DNA of 64,000 nt from assembly GCA_016209985.1 (NCBI GenBank), contig JACQVB010000115.1, positions 7,210-71,209 of the forward strand, given 5' to 3'. Positions 59,893-64,000 of this stretch are shown piece by piece. This stretch comes from Gemmatimonadota bacterium (GTDB lineage: Bacteria; Gemmatimonadota; Gemmatimonadetes; Gemmatimonadales; GWC2-71-9). Made by a program: the position numbers and the translations under genes. Within the stretch, counting starts at the first letter, position 1, and every line of letters starts with the position of its first letter. Under the pieces are notes generated by a model that saw only the letters and a list, made by a program, of their open reading frames with translations, did no database searches and was not told where the DNA came from.

Positions 59893-60884
59893 CGATGGGC
59901 TTCCCGGAGTCGCGGGTCCACGACCAGGTACAGGAGATCGGCCGCCGCATTCCCGGCCACGACCAGCACGCCGAAAATCGCAGTCGTGGCCATGACCACC
60001 GGATAGTCCCGGGCGCCCACGGCATCGACCATCACGCGTCCCATTCCCGGCCAACCGAAGACGACCTCGACGAAGACCGTTCCGGAGAACAGCATGGGCA
60101 AGGAAAGTCCCAACAAGGTGATGACCGGGAGCAACGAATTCCGCAGCACATGGCCGATCAGGACCGCGCGGGACGGCAGTCCTTTGGCGCGGGCCGTGCG
60201 CACGAACTCCCGTTCGCGGACTTCCAGCACGGCCGAGCGGACGTAGCGAGCCGTCCCGGCGGCGCCGATCAGCGACAGGGTGGCGAGCGGAAGAATCAGG
60301 TGACGCACCCGATCCGCCGCTCGTGCCGCCGGTGAAAGAAATGGAGCGTTGAATGAGGACACGCCGAGGGCCGGGAAATGCAGCCATTCCGGCCAGCCGA
60401 ACTGAGCGGCGCCATAGGCGAACACCAGCACCAGCATGATCGCCAGCCAATAGGATGGCATGCCCAGGACGAACAGTGTGGCGACCGTCAGGCCGGTGTC
60501 GAGCGCGCTGCGCTGCTTGACTGCCTGAATCAGGCCAAGGATAATCCCGCCGAGGTAGGTGGCGAGCAACGAAAGGCTGGTGAGAACGAGGGTGTGGGGC
60601 AGGGCGTCCAGGATGATACTCGACACCGGGCGCTGCTGGGTCAGACTCAGTCCCCAGCGCCCCCGGAGGAATTCGCCGAGCCAGCTCAGGTAGCGCGCCG
60701 CGAGCGGCCGATCCAGACCCAGCGCGCGTCGGGCCGCGGCCAGCTCAGGCTCGCCGGCCCCGGGACCGACCCAGAACCGAGCCGGATCTCCTGGAGCCAG
60801 ATTCAGCAGCACAAAGGTCAGCGAGGCCACGGCAAGCACGAGCCCCAGGCCAACCACGGTGCGCCGCGTGAGGTGACGCAGCAT
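59889..60884 (-). CDS. ABC transporter permease (DppB/OppB-like)
   Basis: ORF 59889..61055, with ATG 60884 giving the canonical N-terminus MLRHLTRRTVVGLGLVLAVASLTFVLLNLAPGDP. It has the EAA-type loop ...EFVRTARAKGLPSRAVL. Confidence 0.85.
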   Translation of the reverse strand: MLRHLTRRTVVGLGLVLAVASLTFVLLNLAPGDPARFWVGPGAGEPELAAARRALGLDRPLAARYLSWLGEFLRGRWGLSLTQQRPVSSIILDALPHTLVLTSLSLLATYLGGIILGLIQAVKQRSALDTGLTVATLFVLGMPSYWLAIMLVLVFAYGAAQFGWPEWLHFPALGVSSFNAPFLSPAARAADRVRHLILPLATLSLIGAAGTARYVRSAVLEVREREFVRTARAKGLPSRAVLIGHVLRNSLLPVITLLGLSLPMLFSGTVFVEVVFGWPGMGRVMVDAVGARDYPVVMATTAIFGVLVVAGNAAADLLYLVVDPRLREAHR

Positions 60885-62478
60885 GTTCAAGAGTCGGGGC
60901 CGATACCTCGCCGAGTCAAGGCTGCTGCTCGGGCTTTGCCTGGGAGCGCTCTCCTGCGGTACCGGCACGGAGCAAGCCTCCGACGCGGTGCTCTTTGCCT
61001 CGGGCGCCGACCTCCAGTCGATCAACCCCCTGATCGCCGTGCATCCGCTCGCCAAGCAGGTGCAGAAGAACGTCCTCTTCGTGACGCTGGTGGCCTACGA
61101 CAGTGCTATGCGGCCGGTGCCGCGGCTGGCCACGCCCGAGTGGTCGGCGGGTCGGCGAGCGCTGACCTTTCGTTTGCGGCACGATGTATCCTGGCACGAC
61201 GGCTCGCTCACGACCGCAGAAGACGTGCGGTGGACGCTGGAGATGGCGCGCAATCCGGCGGTTGCCTACCCACGCTCCCGCGAGCTGGAAGCCGTGGCCG
61301 CGGTGGAGGCGTCCGACTCCTTTACCGTACGGGTGACTTTTTCGCGGTCCCAGCCTGTCTTCCCCGACGTGTTCACCGATCTCGCCATCCTGCCGGCGCA
61401 CCGTTTCCGGGGAGTGGCTCCGGCAGGGATTCGTACCGCCCCGTTCAACCGGGCCCCGGTTGGCAACGGACCATTCGAGTTCTCCGAATACCAGCCTGGC
61501 CAACGCTGGGTGTTTCGCCGCTCCCAGCGGTTTCCGGCGGAGCTGGGACGCCCCTCGATCGGCCGATTGGTGATCGTCGTGGTGGATGAGCCGGCGACCA
61601 AGCTCGCCGGTCTCACCTCCGGGGAGCTGGACTTCGCCGGCATCGCGGCCGCGCACGCCGAGATCGTGCGGAAGAATCCGCGACTGCGCGTGATCGATTA
61701 TCCGATCATGCTGGCCAACGCCGTCATCTGGAACCTGCGGCGGGCACCCTTCGATGATCCCGGGGTGAGACGGGCTCTCGATTTGGCGATCGATCGCCAG
61801 CTGATCGTGGATGGATTCATTCACGGGTTCGGCTCCGTCGCCGCGGGGCCGGTGCCGCCGGAGCATCCGTGGTACGAACCGGTCGCTCCCCCGCCGCACG
61901 ATACGGTCCAGGCGAACCGGCTGTTGTCGGAGGCGGGTTGGACCCGCGGCCCCGATGGAGTACGCCAGCGCGGCGGCCGGCGCCTCGCCTTCGATCTTCT
62001 CACTGTGGGCAGCGGCGACAACATCATGGAGCAGATGCTGCAAGCGCAGCTCAAGGCGGTTGGCGTCGAGATCCGCATCCGCCAGTTGGAGCTCTCCACG
62101 TTCCTCAGCGTGCTCCAGGGCTCGGCCCGCGATTTCGACGGGGCGGTGACCGGAATCGTCGGTGACTTGGCGCTGGGATATGTCGGCGCATTGCTCGGCT
62201 CACGCGAGGGGAATGCGTTGGCATATCCCGGGTACGCCAGCGAGGAGTTCGCGGCCGCTCTCAATCGCGCACGCACGGCAACCACCGAGTCCGCGCTGAT
62301 AGCCGCCTGGCGCGACGCGCAGCGCATTCTGGCGCGCGACCGGCCGGTCTCGTGGCTGTACCATTCACGAGGAGTTCAGGGCGTCAGTCGCCGCGTGGGA
62401 AACGTGGTGATCGATCTGCGGGGCGAGCTGGCGGGCGTCGCGCGCTGGACCCTCGCCGGCCAGGGCTCGGCCCGCTGA
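60883..62478 (+). CDS. ABC transporter substrate-binding lipoprotein, family 5 (peptide/nickel/oligosaccharide type)
   Basis: 531-aa ORF with the lipoprotein signal MFKSRGRYLAESRLLLGLCLGALSC. It has family-5 N-lobe features (FRLRHDVSWHDGSLTTAEDV). Confidence 0.85.
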   Translation: MFKSRGRYLAESRLLLGLCLGALSCGTGTEQASDAVLFASGADLQSINPLIAVHPLAKQVQKNVLFVTLVAYDSAMRPVPRLATPEWSAGRRALTFRLRHDVSWHDGSLTTAEDVRWTLEMARNPAVAYPRSRELEAVAAVEASDSFTVRVTFSRSQPVFPDVFTDLAILPAHRFRGVAPAGIRTAPFNRAPVGNGPFEFSEYQPGQRWVFRRSQRFPAELGRPSIGRLVIVVVDEPATKLAGLTSGELDFAGIAAAHAEIVRKNPRLRVIDYPIMLANAVIWNLRRAPFDDPGVRRALDLAIDRQLIVDGFIHGFGSVAAGPVPPEHPWYEPVAPPPHDTVQANRLLSEAGWTRGPDGVRQRGGRRLAFDLLTVGSGDNIMEQMLQAQLKAVGVEIRIRQLELSTFLSVLQGSARDFDGAVTGIVGDLALGYVGALLGSREGNALAYPGYASEEFAAALNRARTATTESALIAAWRDAQRILARDRPVSWLYHSRGVQGVSRRVGNVVIDLRGELAGVARWTLAGQGSAR

Positions 62479-63500
62479 GCTGGCACGCGCGCGCGCCGGC
62501 TCGCATCGATTTCGCGGGTGGCTGGACCGATGTTCCGGACTACGCGGAACCCGAAGGCGGGTTGGTGATCAATGGCGCGGTCGCCTGCTACGTGCAGGTG
62601 GACGTGCTGACCGGTGGGAAGGGCATTCGGCTCGGCGCGGAAGACCTCGGGATGCGCGTGCGGTACAACGGCTCCGGCGAGATGCGCTACGACGGACGCC
62701 TGGATCTCCACAAAGCGGCGCTCAATATGCTGCCGGTCACCGGGGGTGTCGAAGTCCTTTCTCACAGCCAGCTCCCGGCCGGATCCGGGCTCGGTGCGTC
62801 GGGTGCGCTGGACGTAGCACTCGTCGCGGCGCTGGCCCGGACCCGAGGAGAATGGTACGATCGCACCGAGCTGGCCGAGCTGGGTTTTCATCTGGAGCAC
62901 GTGGAGCTGAAGCAGCTCGGCGGACGTCAGGACCAGTACGCGGCCGCCCTGGGCGGATTCCACGCGCTCTCGTTCGACAAGTCCGGCGTGGCTCCCCGGT
63001 CGCTGGCCATCTCGCCGGAACAGGCGCAGGACCTCACCGAGCACTTGATGCTGGTGTACACCGGCGAATCTCATTTCTCTTCCGCGACTCATCAGACGGT
63101 ATGGGCAGGATATCACCAAGGTCGCCCCGAGATCATCGACGCGCTGCGTTCCATCAAACACATCGCCCGGGCGATCGTGGGACCGTTTGAGGCGGCAAAT
63201 TGGCGTGAGGTTGCGCGGCTGGTCGACGAGCATTGGGTGCAACAACAGCGACTCGATGCCACCATCTCCACCAGCGCGACCCAGACGATCGAACGCGCCG
63301 CACGTGCTGCCGGCGCCTGGGGCATCAAGGCGACGGGTGCGGGGGCGGGCGGTTGCCTCATTGCGATTGGGCCACCGGCCAGCCGGCCCGCTCTGGTTGA
63401 TGCGGTCACTCGGGCGGGCGGGACGCCGATGGACGTGGGGTTCGATTTCGACGGCGTGGCCACCTGGGAAGTGAGCGATGATGCCGGTGACGGCGGCTGA
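62475..63500 (+). CDS. GHMP-family sugar kinase; start proposed at CTG 62475
   Basis: The tool start GTG 62352 would overlap the binding-protein gene by 127 nt with an R/G/P-rich extension. CTG 62475 overlaps the upstream TGA (CTGA) and gives MSWHARAPARIDFAGGWTD..., the usual position of this motif. GHMP motif II is PAGSGLGASGA, and a C-terminal ATGAGAGG is present. Confidence 0.75.
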   Translation: MSWHARAPARIDFAGGWTDVPDYAEPEGGLVINGAVACYVQVDVLTGGKGIRLGAEDLGMRVRYNGSGEMRYDGRLDLHKAALNMLPVTGGVEVLSHSQLPAGSGLGASGALDVALVAALARTRGEWYDRTELAELGFHLEHVELKQLGGRQDQYAAALGGFHALSFDKSGVAPRSLAISPEQAQDLTEHLMLVYTGESHFSSATHQTVWAGYHQGRPEIIDALRSIKHIARAIVGPFEAANWREVARLVDEHWVQQQRLDATISTSATQTIERAARAAGAWGIKATGAGAGGCLIAIGPPASRPALVDAVTRAGGTPMDVGFDFDGVATWEVSDDAGDGG

Positions 63501-64000
63501 GCTATCCGAGCGCCGGGTGGCGATTGGCCGGACACCGGTGCTGGCCCGTCTGCGTGATCGGCTGCTCACCTTTCTCACCCCGCTGCTTCAACGGCCGATC
63601 TACCTGCCCGACCAGAAGGCGCTGCTTTCGCGAGACGGGGGCGTGTGCCCCGACGACGGCTCGCGGCTTGCCTTCGATCCGTTCCGTCCCCACCGGCATC
63701 ACTGCTCGCGATGCGGTCGGGTGCTGGAGGGAGAACGCCATCATCGCGCGTGGATCACCCGCTATCAAATCTGGCTTTCGGAACGGGCCATCCATCTCGC
63801 GCTCATAGGCGCTCTGGACCAGGATCCCGCGCTGTCCCGGCGCGCGGCCGACATTCTCGAGGCATACGCCGCGCGATATCGCGACTACCCCAACCGTGAC
63901 AATGTCCTCGGGCCGAGCCGGCTCTTCTTCTCCACTTATCTGGAATCCATCTGGCTCTGCCAGGTCGCGATTGCGGCGTCGCTGCTAGACGCGGTGCCGG
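63478..64000 (+). CDS. Heparinase II/III-like (alginate-lyase-fold) family protein, N-terminal part (3' end outside window)
   Basis: A stop-free frame runs from ATG 63478 to the window edge, so it is absent from the ORF track. It reads MMPVTAAELSERRVAIG...KALLSRDGGVCPDDGSRLAFDPFRPHRHHCSRCGRVLEGERHHRAWITRYQIWLSERA...YPNRDNVLGPSRLFFSTYLESIWL. I recall this pattern from heparinase II/III-family annotations, and the assignment comes from memory only. Confidence 0.5.
   Translation, partial: MMPVTAAELSERRVAIGRTPVLARLRDRLLTFLTPLLQRPIYLPDQKALLSRDGGVCPDDGSRLAFDPFRPHRHHCSRCGRVLEGERHHRAWITRYQIWLSERAIHLALIGALDQDPALSRRAADILEAYAARYRDYPNRDNVLGPSRLFFSTYLESIWLCQVAIAASLLDAVP

Noticed and set aside
58984-63578. 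ORFs 58984-60006(+), 59033-60025(-), 60378-61589(+), 60916-62043(-) and 62376-63578(-).
   Set aside because: They are off-frame or antisense to the permease, binding-protein and GHMP-kinase genes and have no motifs.
1-64000. Search for mobile elements, toxin-antitoxin or defence systems, prophage genes and rRNA.
   Set aside because: No integrase, transposase, recombinase, phage-structural, nuclease/ATPase defence-type or rRNA signatures were recognised in any frame. The rearrangement scars seen (6815, 49693, 51047, 58759) lack associated mobility genes.

Overview
This is a high-GC bacterial chromosomal window with roughly 45 genes and one tRNA. I recognised no rRNA, CRISPR array, transposase or integrase. 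The SusC/SusD usage suggests a Gemmatimonadota-like or other FCB-group organism, but that is inference only. The window is dominated by five SusC/RagA-SusD/RagB outer-membrane transporter pairs (1-3975, 8570-12918, 29815-34310, 37346-41799 minus, 45042-49498). Four of these pairs are close paralogs. They are interleaved with seven paralogous, signal-peptide-bearing proteins of about 450 aa that look like LVIVD-repeat beta-propellers of unknown function: P1 4097-5473, P2-P5 23982-29705 minus, P6-P7 34390-37257 minus, plus a decayed fragment at 6815-6877. No known CAZyme sits in these loci, and this iterated SusC-SusD-propeller module is my best candidate for an undescribed system. The fifth, divergent SusC/SusD pair heads a GntR-linked cluster (7052-22906). 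That cluster carries two secreted amidohydrolases, an ornithine-cyclodeaminase-family enzyme, an enolase-superfamily enzyme, a Na+/solute symporter, a tannase-like esterase and a DadA-like flavoenzyme, so it looks like a non-glycan (peptide, proline or D-amino-acid) utilisation locus. The 49.5-51.9 kb stretch is a decay zone holding an in-frame SusC-N/SusD-C fusion remnant, two plug-only SusC-like proteins and dense short tandem repeats. Further right lie a tandem pseudokinase-kinase divergent from an FHA-FHA-TM-coiled-coil-trypsin protease, a GH38 mannosidase, tRNA-Thr(CGU) with an inverted 5'-half pseudo-copy, and ABC importer components whose permease and binding-protein start codons overlap head to head. 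The window ends with a GHMP kinase and a partial heparinase II/III-like gene. Three oddities recur across the window. Four genes have conserved N-termini that lie upstream of any ATG/GTG/TTG, with ATA, ATC, ATC and CTG as candidate starts. Conserved GA-box/CT-box hairpins sit in front of propeller genes. Many intergenic elements are built from short tandem repeats plus an inverted partner.
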